64,000 nucleotides of DNA from Armatimonadota bacterium (GTDB taxonomy: Bacteria > Armatimonadota > SYMT01). The position numbers and the translations under genes were made by a program. Below are positions 9,914-18,737 of this stretch, piece by piece (within the stretch, counting starts at the first letter, position 1; each line of letters starts with the position of its first letter). The notes beneath the pieces are model-generated. The model was given only the letters and a program-made list of their open reading frames with translations. It was not told the DNA's origin and made no database searches. The stretch is taken from contig JAWLHY010000007.1 in NCBI GenBank assembly GCA_041690135.1, positions 224,001 to 288,000 on the forward strand, given 5' to 3'.

Positions 9914-10145
9914 TCACCGCCAAGATTTACGCCCCATGGGGGTGCGCCAGGAACGCCAAGTCTATTGAGAGGATGTAGAGGCCGGGATCCACAACGGGAT
10001 CCAATCGGCGCCGGAAAAGGCATTGGATGCCTGCCAGGAGCGCACCAGCGCGTCGAACAGGCATTGGCTGATACCGAACGCCACTGATTTTGCCGGTCTT
10101 TCTCTTACCTTCTTCCTCTTGGCGCACTTGGCGTTTTGGCGGTGA
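9914..10145. repeat. MITE/REPIN-like element with (CGCCAAG)n inverted arms; left arm interrupted by a 19-bp micro-element at 9926-9944
   Basis: With 9926-9944 removed, the left arm TCACCGCCAAGACGCCAGGAACGCCAAG matches the reverse complement of 10118-10145 at 24/28 positions; lies between convergent genes. Confidence 0.75.
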
Positions 10146-10164
10146 TCAGATCCGGCATCAACCC

Positions 10165-11958
10165 TCAATTAGGCAGCCTTACCAGCCTTAGCGAACTCGC
10201 CTCGAAGAACGCCTGCCCGGCGGCCGCCCGCATCTCCGCGACCAGTACCACTTCCTGCATGGGGTTCTGGATCTGGAACTCGTGCGCCAATGGGGTCCAG
10301 TTGGCCGTGCCCTCCAGCTTGTTGGTGCGCTGCGAGCCGGAGAGGCGGAGCCCCACCCCCGTGCCCGGCCCTTCCATCAGAGCCTTCACGTCCTGGGTCC
10401 GGGCGCGACCCTCCAGGCGGTACTTGCCGGCGGTGAGGAGGACCTTCATCCGCCAGGATGCCACGCAGCGACCGCCCGGCCCGGCCGTGATGGCGAAGCT
10501 GCGGACGGTGGTCTTTCCGGCCGGGCCTTCCAGCATCGCCGCTTTCGCATCGGGAGTCTCCACCTGCGGCGCCCAGCGGGTCAGCTCGGCGATCCCCTTG
10601 GGGTTGAAGCGCAGGGGAAGGGGCTCCACGACGGCGTTCTGTTGCACCAGGTTCTTCGCTCGCGCGGTCAGGCGGTTCTTCAGGTCCTTCACGCGCTGGT
10701 CGAACTGCACGGCGTGCGGCTCTCCCATCTCGGCCAGTACGGGCCGCAGGCGCTGGTGGTGTTCGTCCACCCGCTTCAGCAGGCGGTCTTCCGGCACAAA
10801 GAGCTTCAGGAGGTCCGCAAGACGGTCCCGGTAAAGCGCCCGCCACTCCGGGTTGCTCATCACCGCCCGGGCGACCATCCCACCCGGCACGTGGAGCACG
10901 CCGAAGTTAGGATCGCCGAACATCTGGTCCATGCCATGGGGGAAGAACTGCACCTTCCCGGTCTTCGGGTCGAAGTAGAAGCGGTAGTTGTTCCGGTTCT
11001 GGCAGTACCCGTCCCAGTGGCAGGTCATCAGTTCCATCGCCGTGAAGGTGAGGAACCGCTCGATATCCACCACCTGCTCCAGGCGCTGCCAGCGCTTCGT
11101 CGCATCCCCCTCGTTGCACGCTTCGATCACGGCTTTGACGTCGCTGCGGTCGATGGGACCATTTCCATTCTGCAGCTTCACCTGCCCGTTGATGTCCTGG
11201 ACGAAGCCGCCCTCGTACAGGTTGCCGTCCGCGTCTTCGAAGTGACGCTTGAGAAAGCCCTTGTTGAAGCCCTCTTTCAGCACGTAGAAGCCGAGGTCGC
11301 GCCCGTTCAGCCACACTCGGGCGTGGGTCGTCCGCGCCGCCGGGATTCCCGCGGCCAGGAACAGCTCGCTGCTGACCAACTCGTTCAGGTAGCCCGGGTC
11401 CTGGACGGAGTTGTTCAGGTGGATCTTGTCCAGGTCGTGGAACTCCTGGTCCTTCTCGTACTTGTCGAAGTTCAGCGTCAGCGCCGGGCGGTCGTCAACG
11501 CCCCGGAAGCTCCCGGCCGCCCCTTTTAGATGGATGCCGACATGCTGGTATTCCGTCTTGTCGTTCTCTGTGACGGTGCACCGCACGTATTCGCGGGGCT
11601 TCTGGCGCAGGTTCTGGAGTTCGGCATCTGGAATGACGATCTTCAGGCGGGGAATCATCCCTTCGGCGAAGAATGCAACGCTGTCATCCTTCTTCGCCTT
11701 CGCCTTCGGGGGCACAGGCGCCGAGGTGGAAGCAGAAGGTTTGCCTTTCGCCTTGGTCGGAGCCTTGGAGCTGGATTTTGTCGCCGGCTTGGGAGCGGAC
11801 TTCTTTTGCGCCTCGACGGATGCCAGGGGAGCCGCACTCAGGGCAACGATCAGCAAGAGCGCGCAGGCAACCCTACGGGATCGACGGCTTGCTTCACCGC
11901 ACGCATCACTTTCTCGGTACTGCGCGACCGGCATTTCGGAAGTGGGCTGGCTGGGCAT
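10165..11958 (-). CDS. CotH kinase family protein, exported, with a C-terminal carbohydrate-binding-like domain
   Basis: Signal peptide and Lys/Pro-rich linker; HLKG..GSFR, LNNSVQDP, HWDGY..NRNNY, FPHGMDQMF motifs; start uncertain. Confidence 0.88.
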   Translation of the reverse strand: MPSQPTSEMPVAQYRESDACGEASRRSRRVACALLLIVALSAAPLASVEAQKKSAPKPATKSSSKAPTKAKGKPSASTSAPVPPKAKAKKDDSVAFFAEGMIPRLKIVIPDAELQNLRQKPREYVRCTVTENDKTEYQHVGIHLKGAAGSFRGVDDRPALTLNFDKYEKDQEFHDLDKIHLNNSVQDPGYLNELVSSELFLAAGIPAARTTHARVWLNGRDLGFYVLKEGFNKGFLKRHFEDADGNLYEGGFVQDINGQVKLQNGNGPIDRSDVKAVIEACNEGDATKRWQRLEQVVDIERFLTFTAMELMTCHWDGYCQNRNNYRFYFDPKTGKVQFFPHGMDQMFGDPNFGVLHVPGGMVARAVMSNPEWRALYRDRLADLLKLFVPEDRLLKRVDEHHQRLRPVLAEMGEPHAVQFDQRVKDLKNRLTARAKNLVQQNAVVEPLPLRFNPKGIAELTRWAPQVETPDAKAAMLEGPAGKTTVRSFAITAGPGGRCVASWRMKVLLTAGKYRLEGRARTQDVKALMEGPGTGVGLRLSGSQRTNKLEGTANWTPLAHEFQIQNPMQEVVLVAEMRAAAGQAFFEASSLRLVRLPN

Positions 11959-12109
11959 GGACAGACTCCTGGGTTCGGAGAAGAGACCGAAGTGGGATAC
12001 GCGATGGCGCAGGCGGCGGTTAGCTTTGTTTACCGGATTATACCACCCGGCCGGAAACCCCTCCGTTCCCGGCACGTTGGGGAGTCCTTGCGGATGTGGA
12101 TAGGAGTGG

Positions 12110-13813
12110 TCAATTGGGCGAAGGGTGACTTCGGTTCATGCCGGCAGCCATTCGCTCTGGACGAAGGAGTTCCGTCCGGAACGCATGGGCTGGGAGGAGT
12201 TCCGTATCGGTCTGCCAGCGAATGAGGGCCTCCGCACCGGGAGAGCCCAGGTAGTGGCCGGAGGGCGTGAACGTGATCCAGTCCTCCGGTACGGTGTCGT
12301 CCGTCGTGGGCAGGATCAGGAGTGTTGCGAGTAGTTGCCAGTCCCGCGTGCACCAGAGCTTGATCGTCCCATCCGCGGAAGCGCTTACCAGTCGCGCACC
12401 GTCCGAAGAAAACTCCAGGCTGCGAATGCCCGCAAGATGGCCGGTGAGAATAACGTGTTCCTGGCGCGCAGCGAGGTCCCAAATGCTGACCTGGTACCCG
12501 TAGCCGCCGCCAATGGCCAGCCAGCGTCCATCCGGCGAGAAGGCTACCGCCCCGTTCGCGTCCCGCAGAACGCGGGTCTCCCAGAGCTGCTCGCCGCACT
12601 CAACATCCCACAGGCCCATCCGATGACCGTCGAAGCCCGCGATTAGCTGCCTGCCGTCAGGGGTGAAGGTCAAGGATGAATACCAGTCGTAGGTCGGGGA
12701 GCGCGCCAGGTCCCGCAGCCATTGACCATTTGCGGCATTCCAGAGGTGGATCACTCCGGTATGGAGCCGTCCTGTAGTGGTGGCCAACAACCGCCCATCC
12801 GGGGAGACCGCCGCGGCAAATCCCTTCACCAGGTACCGCTCTGTGCCAGTCCCCAGGTCCACGCCGAGGGTGACGTCCTCATCATTGCGGCGGCTCGGGA
12901 TCATCCGGCTCACCACGGCCAGGTCCGAGTGCGGTACGAAGGATACCCGGTCGATCCATCCCGGTCCGATTTCGAAGAAGGCGGATCTGTCTCCAGCGGC
13001 CGGATCCCATAATTCCAGCGCACCCGCGTCGCCGGGCGTGTGACTGGCAGTCAGGATGCGTCCGCCGTCGGCGGAGCAGGTAACGGCAGCTACCCTCCAG
13101 TGCTCGCAGTGGAAGGTGTTCCGTAAGCTGCCGGTGTTCGCGTTCCAGAGGCGCAGGGTGCCGTCTTCATGCCCACTCGCGACGGAACCCTCGTCCGGCC
13201 CAAAGGTCGCCGTCAGAACTTCGTCCCTCAGGCTGATCAACTCCTGAAGGCATTCACCGGTCGCCGTACTCCACAGGCGGGTGGCGCGGTCGTATCCGGC
13301 TGTGGCCAGGGTTTTTCCATCCGGGGAGAACGCGATTGCGGTCACCTCGTGAGGGTGTGCCGCGATCTCACGGATCACGGTCCCCGAGGGCCAGGCCCGG
13401 AGGGTTACGGTGCCTTGGCGGGTCCCTTCCGCGATCCATCGTCCACACTGTGAAACCGCCCGCACCACTGACTGGAAGGGGTCATGGTCCTGGGTGGATG
13501 TGTCTACCCCCGCGAGCACTCTGAGCGGACGACCCGTGGCGACTTCCCAGATGTAAGTGGCGTGGCTGCTCGTAGTGATGAGCCCGGTTCCGTCCGGGGA
13601 AAACGTGATGCTGGACCCCCACTCGAGAAGCCCTTCCAACCGCAGTCGCATCGTGCCGGTAGGGAGGTCCCACAGGATCACGCTGCGATCACCGGCGGCG
13701 GACGCCAGCATGAGGCCATCCGGCGAAAAAGCGAGAGAATGCACTACGGCAGCGTGGCCGGTCAGCAGCGTCAGCTGCGGCCCTTCGAGTCTAGCTTCCT
13801 GTTCTTGAGACAT
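12110..13813 (-). CDS. WD40 repeat protein
   Basis: Multiple GH...AFSPDG..LAS...D....LWD repeats; C-terminal WITFTPSGHY motif. Confidence 0.92.
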   Translation of the reverse strand: MSQEQEARLEGPQLTLLTGHAAVVHSLAFSPDGLMLASAAGDRSVILWDLPTGTMRLRLEGLLEWGSSITFSPDGTGLITTSSHATYIWEVATGRPLRVLAGVDTSTQDHDPFQSVVRAVSQCGRWIAEGTRQGTVTLRAWPSGTVIREIAAHPHEVTAIAFSPDGKTLATAGYDRATRLWSTATGECLQELISLRDEVLTATFGPDEGSVASGHEDGTLRLWNANTGSLRNTFHCEHWRVAAVTCSADGGRILTASHTPGDAGALELWDPAAGDRSAFFEIGPGWIDRVSFVPHSDLAVVSRMIPSRRNDEDVTLGVDLGTGTERYLVKGFAAAVSPDGRLLATTTGRLHTGVIHLWNAANGQWLRDLARSPTYDWYSSLTFTPDGRQLIAGFDGHRMGLWDVECGEQLWETRVLRDANGAVAFSPDGRWLAIGGGYGYQVSIWDLAARQEHVILTGHLAGIRSLEFSSDGARLVSASADGTIKLWCTRDWQLLATLLILPTTDDTVPEDWITFTPSGHYLGSPGAEALIRWQTDTELLPAHAFRTELLRPERMAAGMNRSHPSPN

Positions 13814-13869
13814 GTCCAACGACGCTGCGTGCGTCGGTTCAGTGAGCTTCTGGGGGTGGTTTTGGTAGG

Positions 13870-14003
13870 AGCCCGTCGGAAGCCCCGGAGGGGCGGCAAG
13901 ATATTAGCCGGGGGTACAAGCCCCCGGACCTGGCGCCCACCCAGAAAAGCCCCTGAGGGGCGACAGAACAGGCCGCTGTGAGGAAACTGAACCGCCCTGA
14001 GGG
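13870..14003. repeat. REP/REPIN-type palindrome cluster (GCCCC-GA-GGGGC; AGCCGGGGGTACAAGCCCCCGG)
   Basis: Hairpins GCCCCGGAGGGGC (about 13882), CCGGGGG-TACAAG-CCCCCGG and GCCCCTGAGGGGC (about 13949). Confidence 0.7.
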
Positions 14004-14304
14004 AGTCTTCCACTGCAGGATCATACTCCGGTTCACCGCAGACAATGGTGAGGTCCGGATAGGTATACAGGTCCGTCTCGGGAACACGAACACGCTGATC
14101 CGAAGAATAGCCCTGACATTCGCCTCCCATCAGGGCAACGCCCACGTGGGTTGCCAGGTTGAAGACGATGCGGTTGTGGGCCGGACTTGCTCCCGCCATC
14201 GCAAAGACTTCGCCGGAAACCAATTCATGCTTGGTCTCCGAACTCCGCTCCAGGGAGAGAAACTCTGGGGGCGCGTACCGGATGGGTGATATAGCGGCGC
14301 TTAT
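14001..14304 (-). pseudogene. Truncated Uma2-family endonuclease (PD-(D/E)xK)
   Basis: KHELVSGEVFAMAGASPAHNRI and YTYPDLTIVCGEP are present; the C-terminal half (VEVLSPST...) is absent and the frame runs into the REP cluster; the likely start position reads ATA. Confidence 0.8.
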
Positions 14305-14541
14305 GTCAGGTTGGGTAGGGCCGTCTTGTTGGACTAGAACGTCGTGGGGATGGTGATACCTCACTTTAGCACTTTGGCTGGTTAGGGTGTGCTCCCTCTC
14401 CACCAGGCGGCCTACTCTAGCTTCTTACCCGAAAACCCCAATGGGGCGCCAGGGATTCCGGCGGCCGAATAAGGTCTTCTAAAGATATGCTAAAAGTCGA
14501 TGACTCCGCGCTGATGCGGAGCCGGTCGATAGGAGATCTCC

Positions 14542-15249
14542 GTGAAGCTTCGTTCTTCGCGAGCACGCCTGGGCTTTACGCTCATCGAGCTGCTCGTTGT
14601 TATCGCCATTATCGCCATCCTCGCCGCTATTCTCTTTCCTGTTTTTGCCCGCGCTCGCGAAGCGGCTCGGGCCACGAGCTGCCGGAACAACATGCGCCAG
14701 CTCGGCACCGCCATGCTGATGTACGTGCAGGACTATGATGAGCGCTATCCCGGCTCGTGGATGGGAACCGCGTATGCCGCCGGGTCGGGCTATACCTGGC
14801 GCAGCTCGGTGTTACCGTACACCAAGAACGCCGGCATCTACCAGTGTCCGAGCCACCGGGTTGCCGCACCGTGGGACGGCTCCCCCGCCTTCACCGCCAA
14901 CGAGTGGAACCAGCAGTGCGGCTACGGCTTCAACCAGATCCATTGGGCCGGCGGTGCCCCCACCCAGGCCAGCGGAGCCACCGAGGCGAGCATCGACCAG
15001 ACCTCCTCGACGATATTGCTCGGCGAGCGCGACAATGCCACCGATCAGCTTGCCTTCCAGGCAAATACGGCGTACGACTACGGCGCAACCAACGTGAACG
15101 CCAGCCGGCGCCATTCGGAGATGTCGAACTTCCTCTTCGCCGACGGGCACGTCAAGGCGATGAAGGCGGACATGGTGCGTGAAGACCCCGCAACGCTGCG
15201 CACCCAGTTCGGGGGCGGGGTCGACGGAACCCCGTGGAGCATCGAATAG
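14542..15249 (+). CDS. Prepilin-type N-terminal cleavage/methylation protein, DUF1559 with H-X9-DG motif
   Basis: [30 protein letters not shown]; [18 protein letters not shown]; [16 protein letters not shown]. Confidence 0.95.
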   Translation: MKLRSSRARLGFTLIELLVVIAIIAILAAILFPVFARAREAARATSCRNNMRQLGTAMLMYVQDYDERYPGSWMGTAYAAGSGYTWRSSVLPYTKNAGIYQCPSHRVAAPWDGSPAFTANEWNQQCGYGFNQIHWAGGAPTQASGATEASIDQTSSTILLGERDNATDQLAFQANTAYDYGATNVNASRRHSEMSNFLFADGHVKAMKADMVREDPATLRTQFGGGVDGTPWSIE

Positions 15250-15288
15250 CCGCTTGATCCGCAGCCGGCACAGCGATCCTCTAATGTG

Positions 15289-15330
15289 TGCAGGCACGGC
15301 CCTCCTGGGAACGGGAGGGCCGTGCCTGCA
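15289..15330 (+). terminator. Perfect 17-bp stem hairpin after the pilin-like gene
   Basis: TGCAGGCACGGCCCTCC / GGAGGGCCGTGCCTGCA; no long U-tract. Confidence 0.55.
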
Positions 15331-15643
15331 TCGGTATTGCAGAAGTGAACACGGCTATGTGGGCGCCCACCGCGCCATTCAGTAGGTCGTCAGGTGCGCG
15401 GAGGCCATTTCCCGGGCGTTCTTGAGGGTTGGTTCGCTCCTGGCCCCAGCAGTCGTGCCACCCTCGCTGCGTCCCCCTTTCTCGCACGGCGCACTGGCGG
15501 CGCCAGGTTCACTAGAGCCTGAGCATTCTCATTCGCTCCGCGTTCGAGCAGCAGTGCGCACCCGCCAATCCTGCCGTCTCCCGCGGGCATCAACGTGCCG
15601 CTGCCGCCCTTCCCGCACCTGACCGAGGCCCGAGCAACTCGCC

Positions 15644-15673
15644 TTGACAAATAAATTTGTCAAAGGATACGAT
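15644..15673 (+). promoter_or_regulatory. Sigma70 promoter overlapped by a palindromic operator
   Basis: TTGACA(15644)-N18-TACGAT(15668); near-perfect palindrome TTGACAAATAAATTTGTCAA at 15644-15663. Confidence 0.8.
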
Positions 15674-15679
15674 GAGGCT

Positions 15680-16282
15680 ATGCTGGACGTGCAAGTGATC
15701 GATGACCCGGCGGCGGCCACCGTCGCCCTGGAGCCGGTGCGGAGCCGGTTACTCTCGGAATTGGCGCAGCCCGCCTCGGCGGCGGTTCTCGCTTCCCGCC
15801 TCGGCCTGCCGCGCCAGAAGGTGAACTACCACCTGCGAGCCCTGGAGACTCATGGCCTGGTTCGAGAGGCGGAGAAGCGCCGCTGGGGCGGACTCACGGA
15901 ACGCCTGATGGTGTCGACTGCCTCCTCCTACGTGGTTTCCCCTGGAGCCATGGGGCCGGTTGCGGCGGACCCCGGACGGACGGCGGACCGTCTCTCCGCC
16001 AGCTATCTCATTGCGCTGGCAGCTCGGATCATCCGTGAGGTGAGTACCTTCGTGCGGCGCTCCGAGGAGCTCGACAAGCGTCTGCCCACGCTTTCCATCG
16101 ACACGGAGATCCGGTTCCGCACGCCCGCGGAACGCGCGGCCTTCAGTCGTGAGCTCACCCAGGCGATTGCCTCGCTCGCGGCTCGTTATCACGATGCGTC
16201 GGCACCGGAGGGCCGCTCGCACCGGCTGGTGGTCGTTGCCCACCCCACGCCCCATCAACCCCAACCGAAGGAGGTCCAATGA
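15680..16282 (+). CDS. ArsR-like winged-helix transcriptional regulator
   Basis: PVRSRLLSEL..PASAAVLASRLGLPRQKVNYHLRALE HTH; stop overlaps the next start (ATGA). Confidence 0.92.
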   Translation: MLDVQVIDDPAAATVALEPVRSRLLSELAQPASAAVLASRLGLPRQKVNYHLRALETHGLVREAEKRRWGGLTERLMVSTASSYVVSPGAMGPVAADPGRTADRLSASYLIALAARIIREVSTFVRRSEELDKRLPTLSIDTEIRFRTPAERAAFSRELTQAIASLAARYHDASAPEGRSHRLVVVAHPTPHQPQPKEVQ

Positions 16283-17094
16283 GTTCTGCAGGAGAGAAGT
16301 CGTCGCCCCGCGCGGGCAGTGTCGAGTGGGAAGTTCCGGGAACGCCGGAAGCGGTCTGGGACGCGATCGCGACCGGCCCGGGGATCTCTTCCTGGTTCGT
16401 CCCCACGGAAGTCGAGGAACGAGTGGGCGGCGCGGTCGCCTTCCACCTGGGCGGCGGCATCGAGTCCACCGGCGTGGTGACCGGGTGGGAGCCTCCGCAC
16501 CGGTTCGCCTACGAGGAGCCCGCTTGGAACCCCCCGGCGCCGGCCCTGGGCACGGAGTTCCTGGTGGAAGCCCTCTCCGGCGGGACCTGCCGCGTGCGGG
16601 TCGTCCATAGCCTCTTCACCAGCAGCGAGGAGTGGGACAACCAGCTAGAAGGGATGGAAACCGGCTGGAAGCTGTTCTTCGGCGTGCTGGGTGCCTACCT
16701 GGAACATTACCGGGGCCAGCGGGCGGCATCAATACGCCTGCTGCGGTGTGTCCCCGGATCGGAAACGGACTTCTGGAAAGCGTTGACCGGCGCGCTCGCT
16801 CCCGTGGATGCAGCCGGGAACACCATGAAGATCGTTGCCCCCGGTCTCCGGCCGTTTACCGGCACGGTCGAGCGGACGGCGGAGCGTCCGGATGGGCACG
16901 ACCTCCTGCTTGTCCTGCACGATCCCACCCCGGGCCTGGCCCTGTTCGCGACCCACGCCCTGGGTGGAGACCAGGTCTACGTATCGGTCAGCTTCTACCT
17001 GTTTGGAGACGATGCGAGTGCTGTTGCCGCTTCCGCCGAGCCGCTCTGGCAGGCCTGGATGGACGCGCAGATCGGCCCGGAAGCCGGAACCTGA
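16279..17094 (+). CDS. SRPBCC (AHA1-like) domain protein
   Basis: EVPGTPEAVWDAIATGPGISSWFVP, WEPPHRF, VRVVHS and GW motifs. Confidence 0.9.
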   Translation: MSSAGEKSSPRAGSVEWEVPGTPEAVWDAIATGPGISSWFVPTEVEERVGGAVAFHLGGGIESTGVVTGWEPPHRFAYEEPAWNPPAPALGTEFLVEALSGGTCRVRVVHSLFTSSEEWDNQLEGMETGWKLFFGVLGAYLEHYRGQRAASIRLLRCVPGSETDFWKALTGALAPVDAAGNTMKIVAPGLRPFTGTVERTAERPDGHDLLLVLHDPTPGLALFATHALGGDQVYVSVSFYLFGDDASAVAASAEPLWQAWMDAQIGPEAGT

Positions 17095-17173
17095 GCTACA
17101 CGGGCCGGCATCCGGTGCCGGAGCAGCCGGCCTGACCAACAAAGCCAGACCATCCGTTCGGTGCAAATCTGCC

Positions 17174-17200
17174 TGTCGATCCGAAAACCAACTTGACGTC
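17174..17200 (+). promoter_or_regulatory. Candidate ECF42-type promoter
   Basis: TGTCGA-N17-CGTC, then RBS GAGGAG and ATG at 17219; preceded by a hairpin at 17103-17132. Confidence 0.5.
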
Positions 17201-17218
17201 GTTACGAGGAGAAAGTGA

Positions 17219-17776
17219 ATGAAGAGAGTTGTGATGGCGGTGCTGTGGGTGACGCTGCTCGGTCTCCCCAGTGGATTGAGCGCGCAGGAAGCGCCGCCTA
17301 TGCCGGCGCCACAGAAGGAACACGAGTGGCTCCGCCAGTTGGTGGGAGAGTGGGAGACCAACTCTGAAGCGGTACTGGAGGCGGGAAAGCCGCCGCTCAA
17401 GTGCCAGGGTACGGAGAGTGTCCGCTCCTTTGGGGAATTCTGGGTCGCCTCGGAGATCAAGAACTCCCTGGCGGGTAACCCAATGGGCGGTCTGTTGACG
17501 ATCGGCTACGACCCCGAAAAACGCAAGTACGTGGGGACCTGGATCGACACGATGACCAGTCACCTGTGGAAGTACGAGGGCACGGTTGACGCCAGGGGCA
17601 AGATCCTCACGCTCGAGGCAGAGGGACCGAACCCCACGATGCCCGGAAAGCGCGCCCGCTACCGGGACGTCACCGAGTTCAAGAGCCGAGACCATAAGGT
17701 CCTGACCTCCTCGATGCAACTCGCGGACGGCACGTGGGTGCCTTTCATGACCATGCACTGCCGCCGCAAGAAGTAA
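17219..17776 (+). CDS. DUF1579 domain protein, exported
   Basis: Signal peptide; PQKEHEWLRQLVGEW and IGYDPEKRKYVGTWIDTM motifs. Confidence 0.9.
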   Translation: MKRVVMAVLWVTLLGLPSGLSAQEAPPMPAPQKEHEWLRQLVGEWETNSEAVLEAGKPPLKCQGTESVRSFGEFWVASEIKNSLAGNPMGGLLTIGYDPEKRKYVGTWIDTMTSHLWKYEGTVDARGKILTLEAEGPNPTMPGKRARYRDVTEFKSRDHKVLTSSMQLADGTWVPFMTMHCRRKK

Positions 17777-17815
17777 CCGGTAGATCCTTTTTTTACGTCG
17801 CATTGAGGAGCTGTG

Positions 17816-18637
17816 ATGGGTTTGAACAAAGACGAGTCCGGTCGCCGCTGGGTGCAGGCCGAGGTAGAGGTCCCTGGTACACCGGAAAAGGTCTGGAAGG
17901 CGATTGCCACCGGTCCCGGTGTATCGTCCTGGTTCGTACCGACGGAGGTCCGCGAGGACGGCACCGTAGTCGCCAACTTTGGGCCCGGCATGGAGTCCGT
18001 GGCCCGCGTGACGTCATGGGAGCCCCCGCACCGGTTCTCGGCCGAGAGCGCCGACCTGGGCCCCGATGCGCCTGCGATCGCCACGGAATGGATCGTGGAG
18101 GCACAGTCGGGTGACACCTGCGTGGTGCGGGTGGTCCACAGCCTGCTCGCGAGCACCGACGATTGGGACGATCAGTTGCGGAGCTTCGAGGGCGGCTGGC
18201 CGTGGTTCTTCCACATCCTGCGCCTCTACCTGGCGAACTTCGCGGGTCAGCCCCACGCGGCCTTCCGGGTAATCGGGGCTGCCACCGAGCCCGTATCGGA
18301 AGCCTGGGAGGGTTTCTTCGGATGCCTGGGCCTCGGAAGCCCGGCCGTCGGCCAGCGGTTCGCCGCCGGAGATGTGGCTCCGGCCCTGGCGGGGGTGGCG
18401 GACCGGTTGGGGGATGGAGGGCACTCTCACGGGTTGATCGCGCGGCTCGACGCGCCGGGGTCGGGCATTCTCTCCACGTTCGCCCTGCCGATGGGTGGGC
18501 AGGTGCTCTTGATCATGGACTTCTACTTCTACGGCGAAGAGGCTGCCGCCCTCGCCGCGGAAGCAGAACCGCAATGGCAGTCCTGGTTCATGGAGCACTT
18601 CCCACCTATGGGAGACCCGGCCCCCAGTAGTGCTTGA
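17816..18637 (+). CDS. SRPBCC (AHA1-like) domain protein, paralog of 16279-17094
   Basis: EVPGTPEKVWKAIATGPGVSSWFVP; RBS GAGGAG. Confidence 0.9.
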   Translation: MGLNKDESGRRWVQAEVEVPGTPEKVWKAIATGPGVSSWFVPTEVREDGTVVANFGPGMESVARVTSWEPPHRFSAESADLGPDAPAIATEWIVEAQSGDTCVVRVVHSLLASTDDWDDQLRSFEGGWPWFFHILRLYLANFAGQPHAAFRVIGAATEPVSEAWEGFFGCLGLGSPAVGQRFAAGDVAPALAGVADRLGDGGHSHGLIARLDAPGSGILSTFALPMGGQVLLIMDFYFYGEEAAALAAEAEPQWQSWFMEHFPPMGDPAPSSA

Positions 18638-18737
18638 GCGGTTTTAGCCGCCCGCCGTCGGGATCGCACCGGGCGCGCCCTCGCGCCCGGTGCGACCTTC
18701 TTTCTTCGCCGACATGGCGGCCGCCGTTCGGGGTTCC

